The translations under genes and the position numbers were made by a program. A DNA stretch of 64,000 nucleotides from an uncultured Candidatus Rokubacteria bacterium (GTDB lineage: Bacteria > Methylomirabilota > Methylomirabilia > Rokubacteriales > DASRDR01), in NCBI GenBank assembly GCA_963708025.1, contig CAVPSB010000014.1, forward strand, positions 224,001 to 288,000, read 5' to 3'. How positions within the stretch are numbered: position 1 is the first letter of the stretch; the number at the start of each line of letters is the position of its first letter. Under the pieces are notes generated by a model. The model had not been told where the DNA came from, searched no databases, and worked only from the letters and a program-made list of their open reading frames with translations. Below, piece after piece: positions 1-10,116 of the stretch.

Positions 1-877
1 CCACCTCGGCCCCCGCCGCGGTGAGCCGCTCGAAGATCCAGGCGGCGGCGCTGGCGGCGTCGAGCTGGACCCGCCGGCGCGCGCCGCCGAGCCGATCGAG
101 CGCGGGCCCGAGCTCGACGGGCGGCGCCACCCGGACGTCGGGGCCGAGGTGCTCGGCCAGCCCCGGTGTCCGCTTGCGGGGATCCAGGAAGAGGTCGACG
201 GTGGCGTCCCGGTCGACCAGAGCGAACGCCAGCGGCAGGGGCGTGTAGCGCACGTCGGCGCCGCGGATGTTGAGGAGCCAGGCGACGGAGTCGGGCGCGG
301 TCAGCACCGCGGCGTCCACCCGGGCCTCGGCCAGGGCGCCGGCGATCTCCCGCCGCTTGTCGACGGAGGCGCGGCCGGCGTAGGCGAGGTCGTGCGGGAC
401 GACCGGCGCCCGCGGCGGCTCCGGGCGATCGAGCCAGATGGCGTCGATCGGATTCGACGGGCAGGGGACCAGCTCAGCGCCCGCCCGCCGGCAGGCGGCG
501 CGCAGCCGCTCGACGCCCTCGACCGTGTGGAGCCACGGGTCGTAGCCGAGGCGGTCACCCGCCTTCAGGCGCCCGGCGATCCAGTCGGTCGGCGGGCTCT
601 GGGTGACGTGGTGATACTCGACGAGCGCCGCCGGGACCTGCTGGCGGACCTGCAGGGTGTAGCGTCCGTCCACGAAGATCGCCGCCGCGTCGGCCAGGAT
701 CACCGCCAGGCCGGCCGATCCGGTGAAGCCGGTCAGCCAGGCCAGACGCTCGGCGTGGGGCGGCACGTACTCGCCCTGGTGCTCGTCGGCGCGCGGCACC
801 AGGAAGCCGGCGAGTCCATGTCGCTTCAGCTCCGCGCGGAGCGCCTCGAGTCGGGCGGGACCGTCGGCCACCGTCAT
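1..877 (-). CDS. Xaa-Pro aminopeptidase (aminopeptidase P, M24B); N-terminal part, runs off the window
   Basis: Not in the ORF track. Manual translation from ATG at 877: MTVADGPARLEALRAELKRHGLAGFLVPRADEHQGEYVPPHAERLAWLTGFTGSAGLAVILADAAAIFVDGRYTLQ...WLLNIRGAD. AGGAGG RBS upstream. Confidence 0.9.
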   Translation of the reverse strand, partial: MTVADGPARLEALRAELKRHGLAGFLVPRADEHQGEYVPPHAERLAWLTGFTGSAGLAVILADAAAIFVDGRYTLQVRQQVPAALVEYHHVTQSPPTDWIAGRLKAGDRLGYDPWLHTVEGVERLRAACRRAGAELVPCPSNPIDAIWLDRPEPPRAPVVPHDLAYAGRASVDKRREIAGALAEARVDAAVLTAPDSVAWLLNIRGADVRYTPLPLAFALVDRDATVDLFLDPRKRTPGLAEHLGPDVRVAPPVELGPALDRLGGARRRVQLDAASAAAWIFERLTAAGAEV

Positions 878-1016
878 GCGTGTGCCTCCTCCTGCTGCTG
901 GCGGCTGCTGGCGGATGCGGGCGAATGCCGGGCGCGCGTGCCTCGCGTATGATATCTGTGATGGCCCTCGATCGCCACCACGTCACGACCCGCCGCCAGG
1001 TGGGGAAGGAGCCGAC

Positions 1017-2426
1017 ATGACCGCCGAGCCGTCGTCGTCCGCCACCCTCGAGGCGCTGGACAAGGAGAGCGTCCTCCATCCCGCCACCTCGATCGCCGAT
1101 CACCTGAAGACCGGGCCGCGGATCATGGCGGAGGGCGCCGGGGTGATGCTGACCGACATCACGGGCCGGAAGTACATCGACGCGGTCGCCGGGCTCTGGT
1201 GCGTGAACATCGGCTACGGTCGCACCGAGGTCGCCGACGCGATGGCCGCCCAGTCCCGCCGGCTCGCCTACTACCATACGTTCTCGTCCATGTCGAACGA
1301 GCCCCAGATCCGCCTGGCCGACCGCCTCCTGAAAATCGCCCCCGGCCGGATGAGCAAGGTCTTCTTCGGCAACTCGGGGTCGGAGGCGAACGACACCCAG
1401 GTGAAGCTGGTCTGGTACTACAACAACCTGCGCGGCTTGCCGCGGAAGAAGAAGATCGTCGCCCGGCTCCTGGCCTACCACGGCACCACCGTCGCGACCG
1501 CCAGCCTGACGGGGCTCCCGGCCTTCCACAAGGCCTTCGACCTGCCGATCGCCGGGATCCTCCACACCGCGACGCCGTACTCCTACCGGGACGCCGCCCC
1601 CGGCCAGTCGGAGGAGGCCTACGCGGCGGCGCTGGCGGCCGAGCTGGACCGGCTCATCGAGCGGGAGGGGCCCGACACGGTGGCGGCCTTCATCGCCGAG
1701 CCGGTGATGGGCGCCGGGGGCGTGCTGGTCCCGCCGGCCACGTACTTCGAGAAGGTGCAGGCGGTCCTGCGCAAGCACGACGTCCTGATGATCGCCGACG
1801 AGGTGATCTGCGGCTTCGGGCGGCTCGGGCGGAACTTCGGCTCGGAGGTGTTCGGGATCGAGCCCGACCTGGTGACGGCGGCCAAGGGACTGACCAGCGG
1901 CTACTTCCCGCTCTCGGCGTGCTTCGTCTCGGAGCGGGTCTGGGCGGTGCTGGCCGAGGCCTCGCCCCAGACCGGTGCTTTCGCCCACGGCTTCACCTAC
2001 AGCGGTCACCCGGTGGGCGCGGCGGCGGCCATGGCGAACCTCGACATCCTGCTCGGCGAGGACATGGTCGGCAACGCGGCGCGGGTCGGCGGCTACTTCC
2101 AGGCGCGGCTCCGCGAGGCGGTCGGGGGCCATCCCCTGGTGGGGGAGGTCCGCGGCGTCGGCCTCATCGCCGGCGTCGAGCTGGTCGCCGACAAGGCCGC
2201 GAAGCGGGCGTTCGCGCCGGAGACCAAGGTGGCCCAGCGCGTCGCCCAGCGGTGCCTGGAGGACGGGCTGATCGTGCGCGCGCTGCCGGTCGGTCACGTC
2301 GTGGCCTTCTCGCCGCCCCTCTGCATCACGCGGGAGCAGGTGGACCGGGTCATCGAGGGCTTCGGCCGCGGGCTGGCCGCGGTCGCCGACGACCTGGTCC
2401 GCCAGGGCGAGTGGAAGGCGGCCTGA
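1017..2426 (+). CDS. class III PLP-dependent aminotransferase (omega-amino acid/BioA-like)
   Basis: YIDAVAGLWCVNIGYG, FIAEPVMGAGG, IADEVICGFGRLG, AAKGLTSGYFP and HGFTYSGHP motifs. GAAGGAG RBS before ATG 1017. Confidence 0.93.
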   Translation: MTAEPSSSATLEALDKESVLHPATSIADHLKTGPRIMAEGAGVMLTDITGRKYIDAVAGLWCVNIGYGRTEVADAMAAQSRRLAYYHTFSSMSNEPQIRLADRLLKIAPGRMSKVFFGNSGSEANDTQVKLVWYYNNLRGLPRKKKIVARLLAYHGTTVATASLTGLPAFHKAFDLPIAGILHTATPYSYRDAAPGQSEEAYAAALAAELDRLIEREGPDTVAAFIAEPVMGAGGVLVPPATYFEKVQAVLRKHDVLMIADEVICGFGRLGRNFGSEVFGIEPDLVTAAKGLTSGYFPLSACFVSERVWAVLAEASPQTGAFAHGFTYSGHPVGAAAAMANLDILLGEDMVGNAARVGGYFQARLREAVGGHPLVGEVRGVGLIAGVELVADKAAKRAFAPETKVAQRVAQRCLEDGLIVRALPVGHVVAFSPPLCITREQVDRVIEGFGRGLAAVADDLVRQGEWKAA

Positions 2427-2429
2427 GCC

Positions 2430-3140
2430 GTGCCGGACTGGAGCGCGATCGAGCGCACGCTGTCCGAGACCGCGGGTTCGCGCCGCCGGCCGGTGGCGGT
2501 CGCCTTCCGGGACGTGCCGCCGGCCGGCGTCAGCCGGTTCACCGGCCGCGAGCCGTCGGGCTGTAGCTTCTGGCGGCTGGCCGCCGATGGTCGCGCCTTC
2601 TACACCGTTCCCGGCGACCACGCGAACTGCGCCGTCGGGAGCTACACCCACAACATCCCCTTGCCGGCCGAGCGCGTCGCCGAGCTGGAGCAGACGCTCG
2701 GCTTCATGACGGGTCTCGGCTACGTCCGGATCGAGGAGGTGCCGGGGATTCCGCGGCTCCCCAAGACGCCCGGCGCGGTGGTCTACGCGCCCCTCGGCGC
2801 GACCCCGGTGGATCCGGACGTGGTCCTGATCGCCGGGCGGCCGGGCCGCCTGATGTGGCTCTACGAGGCCGCGGTGCGGGCCGGGGTGACGCCGCAGCTC
2901 CCGCTGCTCGGCCGGCCCACCTGCATGGCCTTGCCCGCCGCCCTCGGGGGCGGCGTGGCGATGAGCCTGGGGTGCGTGGGGAACCGGGTCTACACCGACC
3001 TTGCCGAGGATGAGCTGTACGTCGCCCTCCCGGGGCGCGAGCTGCCGCGCGTGGTCGCCGAGCTGGACACGATCGCCGCCGCCAATGCCGCCCTCGCCGA
3101 CTATCATCGGGGCCGCCGCGCCGAGCTGGCAACAGACTAG
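2430..3140 (+). CDS. DUF169 family protein (Cys-rich)
   Basis: PVAVAF, GCSFW, HANCAVG, RPTC and SLGCVGNR pattern. Starts 3 bp after the aminotransferase stop. Confidence 0.75.
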   Translation: MPDWSAIERTLSETAGSRRRPVAVAFRDVPPAGVSRFTGREPSGCSFWRLAADGRAFYTVPGDHANCAVGSYTHNIPLPAERVAELEQTLGFMTGLGYVRIEEVPGIPRLPKTPGAVVYAPLGATPVDPDVVLIAGRPGRLMWLYEAAVRAGVTPQLPLLGRPTCMALPAALGGGVAMSLGCVGNRVYTDLAEDELYVALPGRELPRVVAELDTIAAANAALADYHRGRRAELATD

Positions 3141-3294
3141 ATGGTCTGATCAACGGCCGTTCGCAGAAGGGGCACGAAGAGCGGCCGAGCGACTCACGGT
3201 GCTTGGGCCGTGCCGTCGTTGCTGGGCAATGATTCAGAGGCCGACGGGCCCGCGTGCCTCCCAGACAGCGACCCCCAGTATAACAATTATGTGC

Positions 3295-3324
3295 TTGACC
3301 CACTGATAACTCTATTGTTATCGT
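3295..3324 (+). promoter_or_regulatory. sigma70-type promoter of the TA operon, overlapped by a palindromic operator
   Basis: TTGACC (3295-3300), extended -10 TGnTATCGT (3316-3324), inverted repeat GATAAC-N6-GTTATC (3305-3322). Confidence 0.65.
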
Positions 3325-3331
3325 GACGGCG

Positions 3332-3685
3332 ATGAGCGATGTCCACTGGGATGTGGACGACTATAGGACGGAGGCCGGTGGGCGTCCAGTGAGGGAGTTC
3401 CTCACGGGCCTGTCGAAGCCGGCGAAGCCGAAGGTGTACGCGGCGCTCGCGATGTTGGAGCAGTACGGGAACTTGCTCAAGATGCCGAGGTCCAAGCCGA
3501 TGGGGGCAGGTCTCTACGAGTTGAGAATTGCCCACTCGGAAGGGGCCATTCGGATTCTCTACTGCTTCCGGCCGGAGCGTCGGATCGTGCTCCTGCACGG
3601 TTTCGTGAAGAAGACGGAGCAAACATCGAAAGGTGACTTGGACGTCGCCCGGAGCCGGAAGCGGGCGGTGGAACAGGAGGGATAA
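3332..3685 (+). CDS. type II TA toxin, RelE/ParE superfamily (HigB/Gp49-like, DUF891)
   Basis: YRTEAGGRPVREFL...MPRSKPMGAGLYELRI...RILYCF...IVLLHGFVKKT. Lies upstream of an HTH gene. Confidence 0.88.
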   Translation: MSDVHWDVDDYRTEAGGRPVREFLTGLSKPAKPKVYAALAMLEQYGNLLKMPRSKPMGAGLYELRIAHSEGAIRILYCFRPERRIVLLHGFVKKTEQTSKGDLDVARSRKRAVEQEG

Positions 3686-3689
3686 GGGG

Positions 3690-4043
3690 ATGGCGAAGCG
3701 AAAGACTCTGATGGAGGAGATTCGGGGGGAGCTGTCTCGCGACAGCGAGCTGAACGCGGCGTTTCAGATGGAGCTTGCTCGGCTGAAGCTGGCGAATCAG
3801 ATCACGATCGCGCGGCAGCGCGCCGGGCTTAGCCAAGCTCAGCTTGCGGAGCGGATTGGCACCAAGCAGACTGGCGTCGCGCGAATGGAGCGCGCCAGCT
3901 ATACCGGGTACACAACCACGACCCTGGCGAAGATCGCCGCGGCGACCGGCAGTACCTTGCAGGTGCAGTTGATGCCGAGGCCGCATCGACCGCGGTCTGT
4001 CCGCCATTTTGAACGCGCGCATTCAGGCTCTGGCGTGCGATAG
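3690..4043 (+). CDS. XRE-family HTH antitoxin (HigA-like)
   Basis: ARQRAGLSQAQLAERIGTKQTGVARME. Toxin-first gene order. Confidence 0.88.
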   Translation: MAKRKTLMEEIRGELSRDSELNAAFQMELARLKLANQITIARQRAGLSQAQLAERIGTKQTGVARMERASYTGYTTTTLAKIAAATGSTLQVQLMPRPHRPRSVRHFERAHSGSGVR

Positions 4044-4098
4044 CGGGTCAACGGTCTCAGGCGCCGAGCCAGACGCGGGGTCCTCGCGCATGGCCCCA

Positions 4099-4129
4099 TG
4101 TCAACCAATCGGGGGCTGCCCGCGTTATT
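4099..4129 (+). promoter_or_regulatory. candidate ECF-type promoter upstream of the ECF sigma gene
   Basis: TGTCAACC...CGTT with AAC-N17-CGT spacing typical of ECF promoters. Confidence 0.4.
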
Positions 4130-4151
4130 CCTCCATGGGACCGATCGGCGG

Positions 4152-4684
4152 ATGAAGGCCGTGGTCGACCTCTCGCCCTCGCCGACCGAGTGCGAGGCGC
4201 TCTACCGCGAGCACGGGGGGCGGGTGGTGCGTCTCGCGCGCCTGCTGCTGGACGACCGGCAGGAGGCCCAGGACGTGGCGCAGGAGGTCTTCCTCAAGCT
4301 GCTCCGGGCCCATCCGGCCGTGGACCGGCCGATGCGGTGGGGACCGTGGCTCACGGGGTCACGGTCAACGCCTGCCGCGACCGGCGACGCTCGGGGTGGT
4401 GGCGATGGTGGCGGGGCCTCCATGAGCCGATCGAGGACGTGGCAGTCGTCGACGTGGCCCCGACCCCCGAGCGGGCGGCGCTGGACGCCGTCGGCCGCGA
4501 GCGGATCGGGCGGGTCTTTCGCCAGCTTCCCGCACGACAGCGCGAGGCCGTGGTCCTTCGCTACGTCGAGGGCTGGTCGACCCGGGAGGTCGCCGACGAG
4601 CTTGGCGTGACGACCGGCAGCGTCAAGCGGCATTTGTTTCGGGCCGTCCAGCGGTTGCGGGCTGCCCTGGGAGACGGGACATGA
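4152..4684 (+). CDS. ECF RNA polymerase sigma factor (frameshift ~4355, probably a sequencing error)
   Basis: Region 2 AQDVAQEVFLKL...WL in one frame. VTVNACRD and region 4 LPARQREAVVLRYVEGWSTREVADELGVTTGSVKRHLFRA in the next frame. Confidence 0.88.
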
Positions 4685-5202
4685 GGCGCTGCGTATCCGA
4701 CCGGACGCTCTGGCTGGTGCACGAGGGGGAGGGGCAGCCGGAGGAGCAGACCCACGTGCGGGCCTGTCCCCGGTGCGTCGCGCGCCGTGACCGCCTGACT
4801 CATGACCTGGACACCCTGAGCTCCACGCTCCGCGCGCTCCCGGCCGGGGCGCCCCGCCGCCACGAGGCCGTCGCCGGCGGGTGGCGTCGCGTGGCGGTGG
4901 CGGCGATGCTCGTCGGCGTCGTGGCGGTCGCCGGCGTCGGAGCCTGGCACGCGCGACCGTCGCGGCCCCCCGCGCCGGCCCGCTCGGGCAGCGCCGAGGT
5001 CGTCCCGTTCCTCGGCGACGTCTCCAGCGCTCTCGCCCCGGCGGGATCCTCGGCGCCGGTGGCCATCGAGGCCGCCTGGCTCGACGACGACCTGGTCGCG
5101 GCCACCGTGTCATCCGAAACCGGTCTCGAACCGTTATTCTCGTGGGATCCCGCGTTGGATCGTGACGTCAACCGGGATGCCGCGACCGAATCCGACACAT
5201 GA
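4681..5202 (+). CDS. zinc-finger (ZAS) membrane anti-sigma factor
   Basis: HVRACPRC (HxxxCxxC) followed by one TM helix. ATGA overlap with the sigma gene. Confidence 0.78.
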   Translation: MRRCVSDRTLWLVHEGEGQPEEQTHVRACPRCVARRDRLTHDLDTLSSTLRALPAGAPRRHEAVAGGWRRVAVAAMLVGVVAVAGVGAWHARPSRPPAPARSGSAEVVPFLGDVSSALAPAGSSAPVAIEAAWLDDDLVAATVSSETGLEPLFSWDPALDRDVNRDAATESDT

Positions 5203-5717
5203 GGAGGCTCCTGATGCGATCAGGATGGCGATGGGCGGCAGGACTGGTCGGTCTCCTGGCGATCAGCCTGTCCGCGACGACGGCCGGGGCCCAGGGGATG
5301 CCGATGCGAGGTGGCTGGCACGGTCCGGGCGGTGGTCCGGACGCAGGGGGAGAGGTCTTCCCACTGCGCATGATCCTGAGAAGCGTCGGCCTGACGGACG
5401 CGCAGCGGGATCAGGTGCGGCAGATCCTGGCCAGTCACCGGCCGCGCTTCCAGGCCTTGCGGGGTCAGATCCGGACCCTCACCACACAGTTGACCGACAA
5501 GCTCTACGCGGCCGGCGCGGTGAGCGCCGACGAGGCCTCGGCGATCCGGCAGCAGATCAGCCAGCTCCGTGACCAGCTCGGTCAGGAAGGTCTCCAGACG
5601 GCTCTGGAGATCCGCAACGTGCTCACGCCGGACCAGCTCGCCAAGGCGGCGCAGATCCGGCAGCGGATGCAGGAGCTGCGGGCCGAGATGCAGAGCCTGA
5701 TGGGTGGGAATCCGTAG
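5199..5717 (+). CDS. Spy/CpxP-family periplasmic protein
   Basis: Signal peptide, Gly/Met/His-rich linker, LTDAQ and LTPDQ (LTxxQ) motifs. Confidence 0.85.
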   Translation: MRRLLMRSGWRWAAGLVGLLAISLSATTAGAQGMPMRGGWHGPGGGPDAGGEVFPLRMILRSVGLTDAQRDQVRQILASHRPRFQALRGQIRTLTTQLTDKLYAAGAVSADEASAIRQQISQLRDQLGQEGLQTALEIRNVLTPDQLAKAAQIRQRMQELRAEMQSLMGGNP

Positions 5718-5844
5718 GTCACCGGGACACTGAGAGAGTTCGCGAAGCACCCGGTCCCTCCGGCCCTCCTCATGGGGTGCGGCCGGAGGGACCGGAGTCT
5801 GCCCACGGGCCGGAGGGGGCTTGGGATGGGCGGGAGGTTCCGAG

Positions 5845-6534
5845 ATGAGCGCTCCGCTCACGCTCCGGCCGACGGCATGGTCGATCTCGCGGTGGCTGGT
5901 CGTCGTGCTCGCGCTCGCGAGCTGCAGCGGCCAGCCGGGCCACGAGGGCCGTAGCCTGGCCGACTGGCAGGCTGATCTCCACGGCGCCTCCGCGGAGGCG
6001 CGACTCCGCGCCGTCCAGGCGCTCGGCCGCGCCGGCGTCCCCGCGGTGCCGGCGCTCGGCGCCGCGCTGCGGAGTCCCGACCCGGCGGTGCGGACGAGCG
6101 CCGCCCGCAGCCTCGGGCGGCTCGGGCCGCTGGCCGCCGAGACGGTGCCCGACCTGGGGGCGCTTCTCGCCTACGACTCCGAAACTGACGTTCGGGTCGC
6201 GGCCGCCGAGGCGCTGGGTCGCATGGGCGACGCGGCGGACGAGGCGGTTCCGGGCCTGACGCGCAGCATCGCGGACCGCGATCCCGACGTGCGCTCGAGC
6301 GCCGCGCTGGCGCTGGGACGCATCGGCACCAGCGACCCGGCAGCGGTCGCGGGCCTCGCCCGGAGTCTCAAGGATCCGCGCACTCACGTCCGCGCGAGCG
6401 CGGCGGCCGCGCTGGGCCAGCTCGGCGCCGACGCCCGGGAGGCGATCCCGGCGCTGCAGGAGGCCCTGGAGGACTCGAGGCCGCTCGTCCGGTCACTGGC
6501 CGACGAGGCCCTGCGGCGCATCGACCTCGAGTAG
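5845..6534 (+). CDS. HEAT-repeat lipoprotein
   Basis: Lipobox LASC. Repeats VRTSAARSLGRLG, VRVAAAEALGRMG, VRSSAALALGRIG, VRASAAAALGQLG. Confidence 0.8.
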   Translation: MSAPLTLRPTAWSISRWLVVVLALASCSGQPGHEGRSLADWQADLHGASAEARLRAVQALGRAGVPAVPALGAALRSPDPAVRTSAARSLGRLGPLAAETVPDLGALLAYDSETDVRVAAAEALGRMGDAADEAVPGLTRSIADRDPDVRSSAALALGRIGTSDPAAVAGLARSLKDPRTHVRASAAAALGQLGADAREAIPALQEALEDSRPLVRSLADEALRRIDLE

Positions 6535-6536
6535 AT

Positions 6537-6574
6537 CCCCTCACCCTGACCCTCTCCCCCGATGGGGAGAGGGG
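6537..6574. repeat. REP-like palindrome, family A
   Basis: CCCCTCACCCTGACCCTCTCCCCC-GAT-GGGGAGAGGGG between convergent genes. Confidence 0.8.
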
Positions 6575-6575
6575 A

Positions 6576-7217
6576 TCAGAAGGGCAGCTCCCCGAACGCG
6601 TTCAGGGTGGCCGCGGCGACCGCGGCGGGGCGGCGGCCGAGGTCGTGGCCGGTGCCGTCGATCGGGAGGAGCCGGGTCGGGGCCGGGATCAGGGCGAGCG
6701 CCTCCCGCAGCTCCTCCAGCGAGCCGAAGGGGTCGCGGGTGCCGTGGACAAAGAGCGCCGGCGTGCGGAGCTCCGGGAAGTGGGCGGTCCGTCGCTCGGT
6801 CGGACGCCGGGGCGGATGGAGCGGGTAGGAGAGCAGGAGCAGCGCGTCCGCCAGCGACGGCTCCTCGGCCGCGAGGATGCTGGCCTGGCGCCCGCCGTAG
6901 GAGTGACCGCCCAGGAACACGCGGCCGGCGGCTCGGCTGCGCGCCAGGGCCACCGCCGCCTCGAGACCTTCCCGGTCACGGGGCGCGGCGCCCGCCCGGG
7001 GCGGGCCGGTGGGGGACGCCTGACGGAAGGGCAGGTCACAGCGGAGCACGGCGATCCCGTGGGCCGCGAAGGCCTCGGCGACGGTGACCAGGAGGGGCGC
7101 GTCGCCGCTCGAGCCGGCGCCGTGGGTGAGGACGAGCGCGTCCCCCGACGGGGCGGCCGGCGCGTGCCAGTGGCCGCGGACGCCGCCCTCAGAGATAGCG
7201 ACGGGGGAGCTCGGCAC
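6576..7217 (-). CDS. alpha/beta hydrolase (KANL3/Tex30-like)
   Basis: LTHGAG, GGHSYGGR nucleophile elbow, YPLHPP, HGTRDPFG and GHDL. Confidence 0.85.
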   Translation of the reverse strand: MPSSPVAISEGGVRGHWHAPAAPSGDALVLTHGAGSSGDAPLLVTVAEAFAAHGIAVLRCDLPFRQASPTGPPRAGAAPRDREGLEAAVALARSRAAGRVFLGGHSYGGRQASILAAEEPSLADALLLLSYPLHPPRRPTERRTAHFPELRTPALFVHGTRDPFGSLEELREALALIPAPTRLLPIDGTGHDLGRRPAAVAAATLNAFGELPF

Positions 7218-8168
7218 CGGCGACGTAGCTGAGCTTGCCCACCCTGCACATCTGGTAGACGTTGATGCGGAAGTCCGGGCAGGTGCTCACCAGGCAGTAG
7301 GCGTCGGTCGGCGTGAAGCCGTAGTCGGTGATCAGCCAGTCCATCAGGTTGATCGTGGCCGTCTCGACGGCGACTTCCAGCGGCCGGTAGGCGAAGACCG
7401 ACACGATCGACTCCGGCTTCTCGATCCGCATCCAGGGGATGCGCCTGCCCTTGACCAGGTCGAGCCGGAGGCGCACGGTCGCCTTCGTCTCGGCGGCGGT
7501 GCCGGTGAACTCGGTGTCGCCCTGGCTGGCGTGGACGTCGCCCAGGTAGAAGAGGGCGCCGGGGTGGAAGATCGGGAGCAAGATCCGGTTGCCCGGCGCC
7601 GACGTCGCGGATGTCGAGGTTGCCGCCCCACTCGCCCTGGCCGTCGAGGCTGGTCGTCACCTCGCGGTCGGGGGCGACGCCGATGCGTGCCGATGAACGG
7701 CGTGATCGGCCAGGAGAGCGCGTCGTTGAAGTGCAGCGTGCCGTCGCGCGTGGTGCCGCTGGGGCCGGGCGTGTGGCGGAAGATCTTCGTCGTGTAGTCG
7801 GCCGACAGCTCGGGCCAGCGGGTCGATTCGCCGAGCGGCCCGCGGCGCGGGCCGACGGCGATCCACGAGTAGTCGTCGACCAGGATGTCCTCGATCGTGA
7901 CGACCAGCGCGTCGCCGCGCTCGGCCCCTTCGAGCAAGACCGGGCCGCCGATCGGGTTGGCCAGCGGCGGGACGCGGTCGAAGCCCGGCCGCCGGGCCGG
8001 GATGGCCTTGTCCTCGGCCGTCTTGAAGTAGCCGGTGCTGGCGTCGTAGGTCTCGATCTCGAAGCTCTCGCCGGGCTGGACGCGCAGCAGCGGCTCGTCG
8101 CGCCAGTCGAAGGCGTACTTGCGGGCCTGTTCGCGAGTGATCCGCTGCACGGGATTCGCTCCGCTCAT
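7189..8168 (-). CDS. acetamidase/formamidase family protein (two frameshifts, ~7590 and ~7690)
   Basis: NPIGGP...GAERGDAL, PFIG, GGNLDIRD and LGDVHASQGDTE motifs spread over three frames. Confidence 0.85.
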
Positions 8169-8189
8169 GCACTGCTCCTCTTCACGGGG

Positions 8190-8999
8190 TCACAGGGTCC
8201 GGAGGCGCGGGTCCAGGGCCTCGCGCAGCCGGTCGCCCACGAAGTTGAGACCCAGCACCGTCACGAAGATGGCCAGGCCGGGAAACGTCGCGAACCACGG
8301 CGCCCGATCGAGGAAGCCGCGGCCTTCGGCGAGCATCGACCCCCACGAGGCCTGGGGGGGCTGGACGCCCAGGCCCAGGAAGCTGAGGGCCGCCTCCACC
8401 AGGATGGCGTAGCCCATGCCGAGCGAGGCCTGGACGATGACCGGCGACAGGCAGTTGGGCATCACGTGGCGGGCCACGATCCGGAGGCCGCCGGCTCCCA
8501 GCCCCCGGGCGGCGTCCACGAACTCCCGCTCCCGCAGCGACAGCACGCTGGCCCGCACGATGCGGGCGAACGGCGCGATGTAGATGACGCCGATCGCCAG
8601 CATCGCGTTCTGGAGCGACGGGCCGAGGACGGCCATGATCGCGATGGCCAGGAGGATCGCCGGGAAGGCCATCAGGCCGTCGAGGACTCGCATGACGAGG
8701 ATGTCCATGAAGCCGCCCCGGTAGCCCGCGATCAGCCCGAGCGGCACCCCGATCACGGCCGCCGTCCCCATCGAGATGACCCCGACCAGCACCGAGACCG
8801 AGGCGCCGTGGATGACCCGGCTCAGGATGTCGCGCCCGAGGTCGTCGGTGCCGAAGAGGTACCGGCCGCCGGGCGGCGCCAGCAGATCGGGCTGCATGTC
8901 GTTCGGCGCGTAGGGCGCGAGCCAGGGCGCCAGCAGCGCGGTGGCCACCACGAGCCCCACCACGCCCAGCGCGGCCCAGGACGCACCCCCCGCCCTCAC
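8190..8999 (-). CDS. peptide/nickel ABC transporter permease (DppC/OppC-like)
   Basis: GTDDLGRDILSRV, EFVDAARGLGA, LSFLGLGVQPP. Confidence 0.92.
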   Translation of the reverse strand: MRAGGASWAALGVVGLVVATALLAPWLAPYAPNDMQPDLLAPPGGRYLFGTDDLGRDILSRVIHGASVSVLVGVISMGTAAVIGVPLGLIAGYRGGFMDILVMRVLDGLMAFPAILLAIAIMAVLGPSLQNAMLAIGVIYIAPFARIVRASVLSLREREFVDAARGLGAGGLRIVARHVMPNCLSPVIVQASLGMGYAILVEAALSFLGLGVQPPQASWGSMLAEGRGFLDRAPWFATFPGLAIFVTVLGLNFVGDRLREALDPRLRTL

Positions 9000-9108
9000 T
9001 ATTGAATCAGTGCGCGGACCTGCCCGCCCACCCCCGCCGACCCCCGCTCGGCTCCACCGACCGGGGGGAAGGCGGGGGCTGGAGGGGCTCGATGGCTTCA
9101 GACCCGTC

Positions 9109-10062
<954 letters not shown>

Positions 10063-10116
10063 CGGGACGGGGTCCGGGCGGAGGGAGAGCCGCCGCCCTC
10101 CCTCCGCGTCCGTCCT

